From: Abditibacteriaceae bacterium
GTDB lineage: Bacteria > Armatimonadota > Abditibacteriia > Abditibacteriales > Abditibacteriaceae
Direction: 5' to 3'
DNA length: 15,704 nt
Assembly (NCBI GenBank): GCA_031372065.1
Contig: JANMKN010000404.1
Location: 1-15,704, forward strand
Shown piece after piece: positions 7,738-14,297 of the stretch. The notes below the pieces were generated by a model. It was not told the DNA's origin. It ran no database searches and worked only from the letters and a program-made list of their open reading frames with translations. Each line of letters opens with the position of its first letter. Position 1 is the first letter of the stretch. Position numbers and translations under genes: made by a program.

Positions 7738-7945
7738 ATTGGTGTCCTGACACGCTGCCCTGCGGCGTCTCCCGATCCCTCTCGCGCACAACTTTAGTTT
7801 CGGCTTCAATCGTTGTTGCCAAAGCCTGTGCGATTTGATTAAGCCCTTCCGCGCTGACTTTGGGTGCCATTGCCTGACACGCTCCTCGCACCGCTGCCAG
7901 TGCTTCTAATTGCGATTCATGTAACTGCTTTGAATTTTCAGCCAT
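7727..7945 (-). CDS. Hypothetical helical protein (72 aa)
   Basis: RBS AGAGGAG lies between the stop of copy 1 and ATG 7945; MAENSKQLHESQLEALAAV... Confidence 0.7.
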   Translation of the reverse strand: MAENSKQLHESQLEALAAVRGACQAMAPKVSAEGLNQIAQALATTIEAETKVVRERDRETPQGSVSGHQFKR

Positions 7946-7959
7946 ACACAAACTCCTCT

Positions 7960-8050
7960 TCAATCAAACACCTTCTCTAAAACGCCGCGACACACCGCCA
8001 CGGCACACAGCCACGACGCGCGCCGATTCGACATCCTTGCCGAAATGGTA
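7960..8050 (-). repeat. Repressor 3'-end copy 1 (YHFGKDVESARVVAVCRG / VAVCRGVLEKVFD*) with internal 13-nt duplication
   Basis: 7960-8001 encodes VAVCRGVLEKVFD*, with 8 differences in the last 33 nt, all synonymous. 7997-8050 in another frame aligns with repressor FVLGPTMKQARIVAVCRG. Confidence 0.93.
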
Positions 8051-8320
8051 AATTAAAATACGCAGAAATGAGAACGCCTGCCCCCATCGCTTAACGCCCG
8101 CACTTACGCAGTGGCTTGGGCTTTGAGCGGACGTGTGTTTTCACAACAACCGTTTTCGGCCCCGGCTTCTTCGTAGTGCGCACGGGACGGCAAGTGGTTT
8201 TTGGCATTAAATCACCTCTTTCCGGCAGCGGTTGCCACCGGGCGCGTAGCAGTAACAACTACTGGCCGCAAGAGAGTTTTAATGGAAAGACAGGCGTTCT
8301 CATTTCTGCATATTTCAGCT
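8051..8320. repeat. 270-bp unit bounded by long inverted repeats
   Basis: 8056-8080 AAATACGCAGAAATGAGAACGCCTG versus the reverse complement of 8291-8315, AAATATGCAGAAATGAGAACGCCTG (24/25). Extends to 26/30 over 8051-8080 and 8291-8320. Confidence 0.92.
8091..8207 (-). CDS. Small basic peptide (38 aa) MPKTTCRPVRTTKKPGPKTVVVKTHVRSKPKPLRKCGR
   Basis: Below the ORF-track cutoff. Strong RBS AAAGAGGTGAT just upstream of ATG 8207, TAA at 8091-8093; fits inside the inverted repeats. Confidence 0.7.
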   Translation of the reverse strand: MPKTTCRPVRTTKKPGPKTVVVKTHVRSKPKPLRKCGR

Positions 8321-9315
8321 CAATCAAACACTTTTTCCAGCACACCACGGCAGACCGCCACGATTCTGGCTTGCTTCATGGTTGGCCCCAGCACGAACCC
8401 CGGATAGTCTGGGTTGTTGGCGCGCAATCGCTTTTTCTCATAAGCCTTGAGGGTTTGCACTACGCGCCCGTCTTTAAATTCAATTTCGGCCAGCACAATA
8501 TCGCCGGTGCGCGGCTGCCGTGGAAACTCATTCAAGGGCGTGAGTAAAATATCTGCGCCGTTTTGAATGGACATACGGTCACCATCCTGACTCATGCTCC
8601 ATCCAATAACAGTGGCTACGCCCGAATGAGGCGTGGCTTTTTCGGCCAAGCGGCCCCAAACTTCAACTTCGCTGGTATCGCCGATCATTTCGACAATATT
8701 ATCCAGCTCATCTAACGTGAATCCCTGCCCCGCACTAACCACCATATTGCGTGGCACCTTTTTCATTAATTGTAATGCCGGAATACGCGGCTTTCGCGGC
8801 TTAAATCCGTGTTTTTCTAAATCTTCAAAGAAAGTAGATTTCTTCTCTTCGAACGCTTCATCAATCATCCGACGGATGCGCGCCTCTTCTTCAACATCTA
8901 AAGGCTTCTTGGTTTTCTGTGGCTTTTCGGCGGGCGCTGTTAGTTCCAGATCGGCACCCTGAGATTGCGACTGCGATTGGCTTTGCGTGTCGGCTTGCAG
9001 GTAAAGGCTTATTGCTACTTGTGCCATTTCATTCGTGTCAAGATTCGTCTCAGATTTCCGAGCCTTCATCCGCGACCAAAGGTCGTCAGGAACGCTGGCC
9101 GACTTGCGCATATCGCGGTCTGTAATAAATAGGCGATGTTCAATCGTGTGAGGTGTTTTTAAATACCTCTCGAAGGCGCGACGAATAATAGACGCAACAG
9201 GAATATCAAGCTCTAACGCGTGATTGACAAGTGCTTGTCCCAATTCGTCCGAGAGATATACGTCTCGGATGCTGCGTTTCCCCTCTGACTGTCGCGGCAT
9301 TAAAAGTGTTGTCAT
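8320..9315 (-). CDS. CI/LexA-like repressor: two N-terminal ribbon-helix-helix-like units plus a C-terminal S24 autopeptidase
   Basis: VSAG (Ala-Gly scissile site), VIGWSM (Ser), TLKAY (Lys), LRANNPDYP. N-terminal repeats DVYLSDELGQAL...ASIIRRAFERYL and SASVPDDLWSRM...NEMAQVAISLYL. Divergent from the early operon. Confidence 0.85.
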   Translation of the reverse strand: MTTLLMPRQSEGKRSIRDVYLSDELGQALVNHALELDIPVASIIRRAFERYLKTPHTIEHRLFITDRDMRKSASVPDDLWSRMKARKSETNLDTNEMAQVAISLYLQADTQSQSQSQSQGADLELTAPAEKPQKTKKPLDVEEEARIRRMIDEAFEEKKSTFFEDLEKHGFKPRKPRIPALQLMKKVPRNMVVSAGQGFTLDELDNIVEMIGDTSEVEVWGRLAEKATPHSGVATVIGWSMSQDGDRMSIQNGADILLTPLNEFPRQPRTGDIVLAEIEFKDGRVVQTLKAYEKKRLRANNPDYPGFVLGPTMKQARIVAVCRGVLEKVFD

Positions 9316-9330
9316 GATGGTGCGTTCTTA

Positions 9331-9366
9331 TTTTACGCTTCGTGCAATTCGTGCAACGTCGTAAAA
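9331..9366. promoter_or_regulatory. Candidate operator
   Basis: Tandem TTCGTGCAA (9339-9347, 9348-9356) bracketed by inverted TTTTACG/CGTAAAA. Confidence 0.45.
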
Positions 9367-9389
9367 CACCAACAATATACGATAAATAA

Positions 9390-9401
9390 AAACATTTGTT
9401 C
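9390..9401. promoter_or_regulatory. Candidate LexA (Cheo-type) SOS box
   Basis: Minus strand GAAC-AAAT-GTTT fits GAAC-RNRY-GTTY. Confidence 0.45.
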
Positions 9402-9408
9402 TTATACC

Positions 9409-9436
9409 TTGCAAACTATCTAATATGTTGTAAAAT
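9409..9436 (+). promoter_or_regulatory. Candidate sigma70 promoter for the rightward early operon
   Basis: TTGCAA, 16-nt spacer, TAAAAT in the AT-rich divergent intergenic region. Confidence 0.55.
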
Positions 9437-9496
9437 AACGAGTAATTACGCAAATAAAAGCGCGCTACGCGGTCTTTACACAAGGACAAAACCAAA

Positions 9497-9961
9497 ATGG
9501 CAAACAAAACACACGACGTAACAATGAAATTGCACCCTGAAGACGAAAGCAGAATTGTCTTTCAGCGCGGCACAGAAAGTCGCGTTTTCGGGATTCTGCC
9601 CCACGGCGACAATGTTTTTGTGGTGACCATGCCAAACGGCAGTGAGCAGACCATTTGCCGCAAAATCCAGCTTTGGGGCTATCTCTGGCATTGCACCAGC
9701 ACAGGCGGCGTTTTGCGCGAATTTCACCCCTCCGAAAATCGCACCGACGAAGCCACCGGCGATGTGCGCGCCGTCTACGCTGTGCTTTCTTGGTTTCATT
9801 TGCGCGCCGAGTGTCGGTGCGGCGGCGGCAAGGTTTCCAGCATGGAAGAGTTAAGCAAGCGTGCCGAAAACTTTGAAAATCAAATGAAGCGCATTGAGCC
9901 TCAAAGCACTTTGGCTGCTGATTTTTGCGCCAAATACAACGGGCAGCGCATTACCAATTAA
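9497..9961 (+). CDS. Hypothetical protein (154 aa), first early gene
   Basis: RBS AAGGA upstream; no family recognised. Confidence 0.75.
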   Translation: MANKTHDVTMKLHPEDESRIVFQRGTESRVFGILPHGDNVFVVTMPNGSEQTICRKIQLWGYLWHCTSTGGVLREFHPSENRTDEATGDVRAVYAVLSWFHLRAECRCGGGKVSSMEELSKRAENFENQMKRIEPQSTLAADFCAKYNGQRITN

Positions 9962-9971
9962 AGGAAAGACT

Positions 9972-10202
9972 ATGGCCTCGAACGAACCATTAATGACAAC
10001 TCAGGAAGTGGCAGACTGGTTAAGATTTCACCCCGCCACAATTACGCGAATGGCGGGCGAAGGTGAACTTCCTGCTATTCGCACTGGTGGCGTTTGGCGC
10101 TTTCGCCGCGCCGACATCGAAGCGTATTTGCAAGGCGGCCAATCGCAAGCCGCGCCGCTCACGCGCGCTGAAGAAGCCGCCGAAACCGCCAATCGCGGCT
10201 AA
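9972..10202 (+). CDS. Excisionase-family HTH (HTH_17/MerR-like) DNA-binding protein
   Basis: LMTTQEVADWLRFHPATITRMAGEGELPAIRTGGVWRFRRADIEAYL; RBS AAGGA before ATG 9972. Confidence 0.92.
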   Translation: MASNEPLMTTQEVADWLRFHPATITRMAGEGELPAIRTGGVWRFRRADIEAYLQGGQSQAAPLTRAEEAAETANRG

Positions 10203-10283
10203 TTGAGAAGGTGTCATGTTGCGATTTAGCCACCTTATCAACAAAACAACGCTCGTCTGGCCCGGACGTAACAACGGGCAAAG

Positions 10284-10315
10284 AAAAACCCCGGCGCGTT
10301 ACGAGCGCACCGGGG
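10284..10315 (-). terminator. GC-rich hairpin with adjacent A-tract (U-tract on the minus strand)
   Basis: AAAAA-CCCCGG-CGCG...GCGCA-CCGGGG. Confidence 0.35.
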
Positions 10316-10370
10316 CGTGGACACAAATCCACGAATTATTTTCCTCCAAACGGAGAAAGGACACAAACCA

Positions 10371-11048
10371 ATGCTGAAAAACCAAACCAAACGCAAGCAT
10401 CGCTGGAATCCGGTGCGCCTGCACCGCCGCCTTCAGCACCTCGGCATTTTGCCGGGTGAAGTTCACCAATTCGCGCTCTACTCGCTAACGCGCGCGGGCC
10501 GCGAAATTCGTCACGATGTCGAGACTGATTTGCAAAGCGGCGAGGTGCGTTGCTCGTGCGAGCACTTCCTCTATAAATTGGCCGCGAGTCGCCCGCACCT
10601 GTGCGACGCAACGCTTCACTGCAAACACATCACGCGCGCTTTGGATTGGCTACATCGGCACGGATTACTGAAAACTTCGCTCGCTGAACTGCGCCCGTGC
10701 CGCAAATGCGGCGTGGTCGAAGCCGAGTTCGAGATGTGCGATGGGAGCGGCCATCCCCTGCCCGGCCATTTTATCTGCCGCGATTGCATCGAAGCCGCAA
10801 CCGATGACCTGCGCGACGCCTCGCCCATCCTTGCACCACAGCGGGAGCCAGTTCCGGCTTTTCCCGATGCCGACGGTGAATTGACGGATGCGCCGCGTTA
10901 TACGCGCCATTCCCAACCGCCAGCGTCGCAAGCCGCACTGACCGCCGCCACAACCGTTCCAGCGCACATTGACCCGCAAACCGGCGAATTACGGCCCGGC
11001 TATTTGCCTTCGGGCGACGTGGATTACAACGGAATGTTTGAAGATTGA
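10371..11048 (+). CDS. SWIM zinc-finger protein with an additional CxxC...CxxC ribbon
   Basis: CSCEHF...CKHI (SWIM) plus CRKC and CRDC; RBS GGAGAAAGGA before ATG 10371. Confidence 0.8.
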   Translation: MLKNQTKRKHRWNPVRLHRRLQHLGILPGEVHQFALYSLTRAGREIRHDVETDLQSGEVRCSCEHFLYKLAASRPHLCDATLHCKHITRALDWLHRHGLLKTSLAELRPCRKCGVVEAEFEMCDGSGHPLPGHFICRDCIEAATDDLRDASPILAPQREPVPAFPDADGELTDAPRYTRHSQPPASQAALTAATTVPAHIDPQTGELRPGYLPSGDVDYNGMFED

Positions 11049-11104
11049 GCGAGCTGCCCGCCGGTGCCATTTGTCGCATCGGCGGGCTTTTGCACAGGAG
11101 AATC

Positions 11105-11248
11105 ATGAGCAGATTTTACGATGAACGCGAAAGCGACGAGCTCTTGCAGTTGGAGCGCGAACTCTGTCCCGACTGCAACGGACTCAACATTGATTTGGTC
11201 AGCGATACCGGCGGCTCCTGCCCGTCGTGTTTTGGCGGCTATCGCTAA
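11105..11248 (+). CDS. Small zinc-ribbon protein (47 aa)
   Basis: RBS AGGAG before ATG 11105; CPDC and CPSC. Confidence 0.7.
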   Translation: MSRFYDERESDELLQLERELCPDCNGLNIDLVSDTGGSCPSCFGGYR

Positions 11249-11259
11249 GGGGATTAATC

Positions 11260-11619
11260 GTGAAAAAAGTTCCTTGTCCACATTGCACAGACTGCAACCG
11301 CGTCGTAATTCGTCATGGCGTGGCCGGAACGTCAATAACACGCACGTCAAATTGCGCAACGTGCGGCGATTCAAAAATGATTGATGCCGACATAGCGCAA
11401 CGAATCGGGGAAGGCGAGAAGTTTCGTGACGCCCGAATCGATGCCCGAATCACGTTACGAGAATTGGCATCAATGGCGGGACTTGAGCCGCGCGAATTAT
11501 CTGATTTTGAAAACGGGCGGCTCGGCATCACAGCGCACAATGCCGTTGAACTGAAATTACGTCTGACGAATTTCGGGCACGGCGTAGCGTGGGAGAAACC
11601 ACGCGAAGGAGTTTTATGA
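11260..11619 (+). CDS. Zinc-ribbon plus XRE-family HTH protein
   Basis: GTG start after AAGGGG; CPHC...CATC followed by RDARIDARITLRELASMAGLEPRELSDFENG. Confidence 0.8.
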   Translation: MKKVPCPHCTDCNRVVIRHGVAGTSITRTSNCATCGDSKMIDADIAQRIGEGEKFRDARIDARITLRELASMAGLEPRELSDFENGRLGITAHNAVELKLRLTNFGHGVAWEKPREGVL

Positions 11620-11861
11620 AAAACCTCTGGAAAGTCTGGCGAGATGTTCTTCGCTGGCAAGTCTGGGACGATCTTCTGGTGACCGCCGTTTTGGTTTGCG
11701 CGCCGCTTTTTGCTTGTTTCCTCGCGTGGCAGTGCTTTGCGGCGCCGCTTCCGATTCAAGCGAACCCCGCTGTAAAAACCATTGGCGAGGTGCCGGTTTC
11801 GGTGCGCGTGAACACGGTGCCACGCTACGGCAATCGCCGTTGGCTTGGCCCGCGCGATTGA
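11616..11861 (+). CDS. Small membrane protein
   Basis: RBS AAGGAG, ATGA overlap, hydrophobic LLVTAVLVCAPLFACFLAW. Confidence 0.7.
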   Translation: MKNLWKVWRDVLRWQVWDDLLVTAVLVCAPLFACFLAWQCFAAPLPIQANPAVKTIGEVPVSVRVNTVPRYGNRRWLGPRD

Positions 11862-11877
11862 AAGAGCCATTAAAAAT

Positions 11878-12165
11878 ATGACCAAAACAGCAACCACAGC
11901 AACCCTTGCCCCGGCGCCAAAACTCGTAACTGAATGTCGCGCGCGTTACTACGCCACGACTGATCAAATCGAATTCGACTGGCTCAACGCCGATGCGCCG
12001 GGCCGCAAACCCCATGGTAACGAGTTTATTCCCCGCCACGAAATAGGCGGTCAATTGAACGCTTTATCGAACCGCTGCTACGAGGCGCCTCGTCACGGCG
12101 CAAAAGGGCAGTGGGTTGATTTGACCCGCACCGAAATGGTGGCCTATGGAGTGAAGCAAAGATGA
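11878..12165 (+). CDS. Hypothetical protein (95 aa)
   Basis: Fills the operon gap; ATGA overlap with the next gene. Confidence 0.65.
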   Translation: MTKTATTATLAPAPKLVTECRARYYATTDQIEFDWLNADAPGRKPHGNEFIPRHEIGGQLNALSNRCYEAPRHGAKGQWVDLTRTEMVAYGVKQR

Positions 12166-12488
12166 GCAGACCCACAACCAGAATAGTCACACCAGCCCGG
12201 CAAGCGCGCGAGGCAGCGGGCCTCACGTTGGAACAGGTGGCGCGCCGCGTATCGCCGCGCCCGTCACCACCAGCGCGCTACGTTCGCAACGCCGCGCAGC
12301 GGTTGGCGCGCATCGAAAAGCACGGTGGTTATGTCGTCGGCGCCGGTGATGTCTTGCTGGGTAAATTAGCGCGGCTCTACGGTTGCTCGTTTGAGACGGT
12401 GGCCTATAGCCCGAATTATCACGCTGGAATTGAAACGGGTGGAAAAGACAACGCGGCAGGTAAAAACCAAGCGGGCCGGGGCGGCTGA
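12162..12488 (+). CDS. XRE-family HTH protein
   Basis: ARQAREAAGLTLEQVARRV...LARIEK...KLARLYGCS, with a Pro-rich insert in the HTH turn. Confidence 0.8.
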   Translation: MSRPTTRIVTPARQAREAAGLTLEQVARRVSPRPSPPARYVRNAAQRLARIEKHGGYVVGAGDVLLGKLARLYGCSFETVAYSPNYHAGIETGGKDNAAGKNQAGRGG

Positions 12489-12501
12489 AGGCGCCCTAAA
12501 T

Positions 12502-12667
12502 CCCCGCTGCGGGTTTCCCCGTCTGGGGGCTCAAAGAGCGGCGGGTGGAATTCGCAGTCTGCCGAGACTGCCACCCACCGCTCTTTGAAAAGAAGTTTGA
12601 AGTAAAGGAAGTAATGCTATAGCGCCGCGCTGGTGTAAACAGCGCGGCGCCTCGCAGGGATGCGAGG
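12502..12667 (+). ncRNA. Candidate structured RNA (four consecutive hairpins)
   Basis: Stems: 12502-12528; 12531-12548/12571-12588 (17/18) with inner GCAGTCT/AGACTGC; 12622-12632/12640-12650 (11/11); 12650-12656/12661-12667 (7/7). Family not recognised. Confidence 0.4.
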
Positions 12668-12710
12668 TAGCGTAGTTTAACGACTTTTAATTTCGCAGGG
12701 AGTGAGACAA

Positions 12711-13175
12711 ATGGAAGGCTTGACACAGTTGGAAACGTTGGAAGTGCTGGTGCCGCCGATGTTGGCGCAGGCGCTGGGTTATTCGGGCGAGGCCCGTTTT
12801 CTGGCGATTTATTTTGACGCTGAAATCGGCGAGGCGCGCTGGGACGATGGGCAGCGCGACGAAGACGCGCATTATGAGGCGTGGGAAATGTTTATCAACC
12901 ACGCCGCCATCGCCCCGGCGTTAGCGAATTATGAGATCGGCGACCCGCTTCCGGCGCGGCATTTTCTGCTGCTGGATCGGCACAGGATGGAATTTCACGG
13001 CGGCGCGCTCCTCATCGGCGGCGTGGAATTGATTAGCGAAACGATGCGACCCGGCGGGGAGGCGCGCACGGAAACCGCAACGCCCGCCAAGGCGCCGACA
13101 ACGCCGGAGGGATTGGAGGCGCTGATTCTGCGCATGGGCTTCTGGCTGGGCGAGCAATTGGAAAGGAAATTATGA
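12711..13175 (+). CDS. Hypothetical protein (154 aa)
   Basis: RBS AGGGAG; GC-rich coding bias; ATGA overlap with the next gene. Confidence 0.75.
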   Translation: MEGLTQLETLEVLVPPMLAQALGYSGEARFLAIYFDAEIGEARWDDGQRDEDAHYEAWEMFINHAAIAPALANYEIGDPLPARHFLLLDRHRMEFHGGALLIGGVELISETMRPGGEARTETATPAKAPTTPEGLEALILRMGFWLGEQLERKL

Positions 13176-13681
13176 AACCACGCGCTATTGTTTTTGATGC
13201 TGCACTAACTGCCCTCTGGGAGAGCGTTACCGAATTGAGAGAGCAGATTAAAAATGGTGAGCTATGGGGTGAAAAGACTATGAACGCACTTGATTTTCAA
13301 CTTATTGTCGGTGATTTGCATTTCCAAAATTGGGAATTCAATATCGGCGACATGGGCGAAGGATTTTATTTGCAGGTGCAGTTTGAGGCACCTGATTTAG
13401 CATCTGTAGGACAAAATGCCGCGCCCGAAATTCAGCGTGGCCGCAAGTGGTATGTCAGCCGCCATGCGACGCGCGGCGAGGTCATCCAAACCGCGTTCCT
13501 CGCCGTCAAAACGGCGCAGGAGCATGAGTTGCGCGAGCAGTTTACTTATCGGGGCCGCGCCATTTTTGGCCCGCATTTCGACATCGGCACACTGGTCGCC
13601 ATGTGCGATGCCGACGAGTTCGAAAGGCGAGCGCCGCCGGAATCGAAGGCGCAATCGAAACCGGAGGAGTCATTATCATGA
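13172..13681 (+). CDS. Phage-type hypothetical protein
   Basis: GRKWYVSRHATRGEVIQTAF...EHELREQFTYRGRAIFGPH resembles uncharacterised phage proteins (from recall, unverified). Alternative start at 13280. Confidence 0.75.
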   Translation: MKPRAIVFDAALTALWESVTELREQIKNGELWGEKTMNALDFQLIVGDLHFQNWEFNIGDMGEGFYLQVQFEAPDLASVGQNAAPEIQRGRKWYVSRHATRGEVIQTAFLAVKTAQEHELREQFTYRGRAIFGPHFDIGTLVAMCDADEFERRAPPESKAQSKPEESLS

Positions 13682-13815
13682 CCGTCAAAAAGTGGCTTTA
13701 TTTACTGCTTTTCATCGCGCCGCCGCTGGCCTTTGTGCTGTTTCTGGCATGGCAGGCGGTGCGCGATTTGGAAGAGCTGGACGATTGGAATTGGGATCAT
13801 TTCGGAGGCTTATGA
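13678..13815 (+). CDS. Small single-pass membrane protein (45 aa)
   Basis: RBS GGAGG, ATGA overlap; KKWLYLLLFIAPPLAFVLFLAW then an acidic tail. Confidence 0.7.
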   Translation: MTVKKWLYLLLFIAPPLAFVLFLAWQAVRDLEELDDWNWDHFGGL

Positions 13816-13997
13816 AAACTGAATCGCTCATCGCCGTTTTTCTTGTCGCTGGATTTCTTTTGCTCTTGGCAGTTACGGCTTGGGTTTTCCTGTCCGTGAT
13901 CCCTGCCTGCGTAAAGATGCTACAAGCGCCTGATTTCGATGAACGCAATGCTCACCCGGCAAGCGAATCGGTAGACCTCGCAGCGGGAGGTGAATAA
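13812..13997 (+). CDS. Small single-pass membrane protein (61 aa)
   Basis: RBS GGAGG, ATGA overlap; LIAVFLVAGFLLLLAVTAWVFLSVI. Confidence 0.7.
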   Translation: MKTESLIAVFLVAGFLLLLAVTAWVFLSVIPACVKMLQAPDFDERNAHPASESVDLAAGGE

Positions 13998-14286
13998 ATT
14001 GACAACAGAAACTCTATGGATGCTGGCAATGCTCGCGATGTTTAGTTTGTTCCTGCGCGGCTTGCAAATCGAAGCGCGCCGCTCGTTGCGCAAAATCGCC
14101 GAGGATGAGGCGAATCAAGGCACGCCAGACTTGATGCACGAAGCCGAATTAGCCAAATTGCAAGCGCAAAGGGAATTTCGCGCGCGCGAAGCGCGAATGC
14201 GCATGATTGTCCGTCGCGCGCTGGAAAATCCAGCCCACCGACCCAAAGGGTGCCCCGACCCATCGCTGAAAAGCGAACCGAATTAG
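13990..14286 (+). CDS. Membrane-anchored coiled-coil protein (98 aa)
   Basis: N-terminal LWMLAMLAMFSLFL followed by a charged helix; overlaps the previous gene. Confidence 0.65.
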   Translation: MNKLTTETLWMLAMLAMFSLFLRGLQIEARRSLRKIAEDEANQGTPDLMHEAELAKLQAQREFRAREARMRMIVRRALENPAHRPKGCPDPSLKSEPN

Positions 14287-14297
14287 AAGGAGAATTT

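Noticed and set aside
8051..8320. Retron msr-msd or autonomous IS
   Set aside because: No reverse transcriptase or transposase in the window, and no evident target-site duplication.
6432..8352. CRISPR array or classical integron as explanation for the recurring ~33-nt repeats
   Set aside because: Spacing is 360-586 bp and gene-filled, the repeats keep a reading frame and are not palindromic, there are no RYYYAAC/GTTRRRY attC ends, and no cas or intI gene is in the window.
13678..14286. Holin/spanin lysis cassette
   Set aside because: No endolysin or lipobox, and the position among early genes does not fit.
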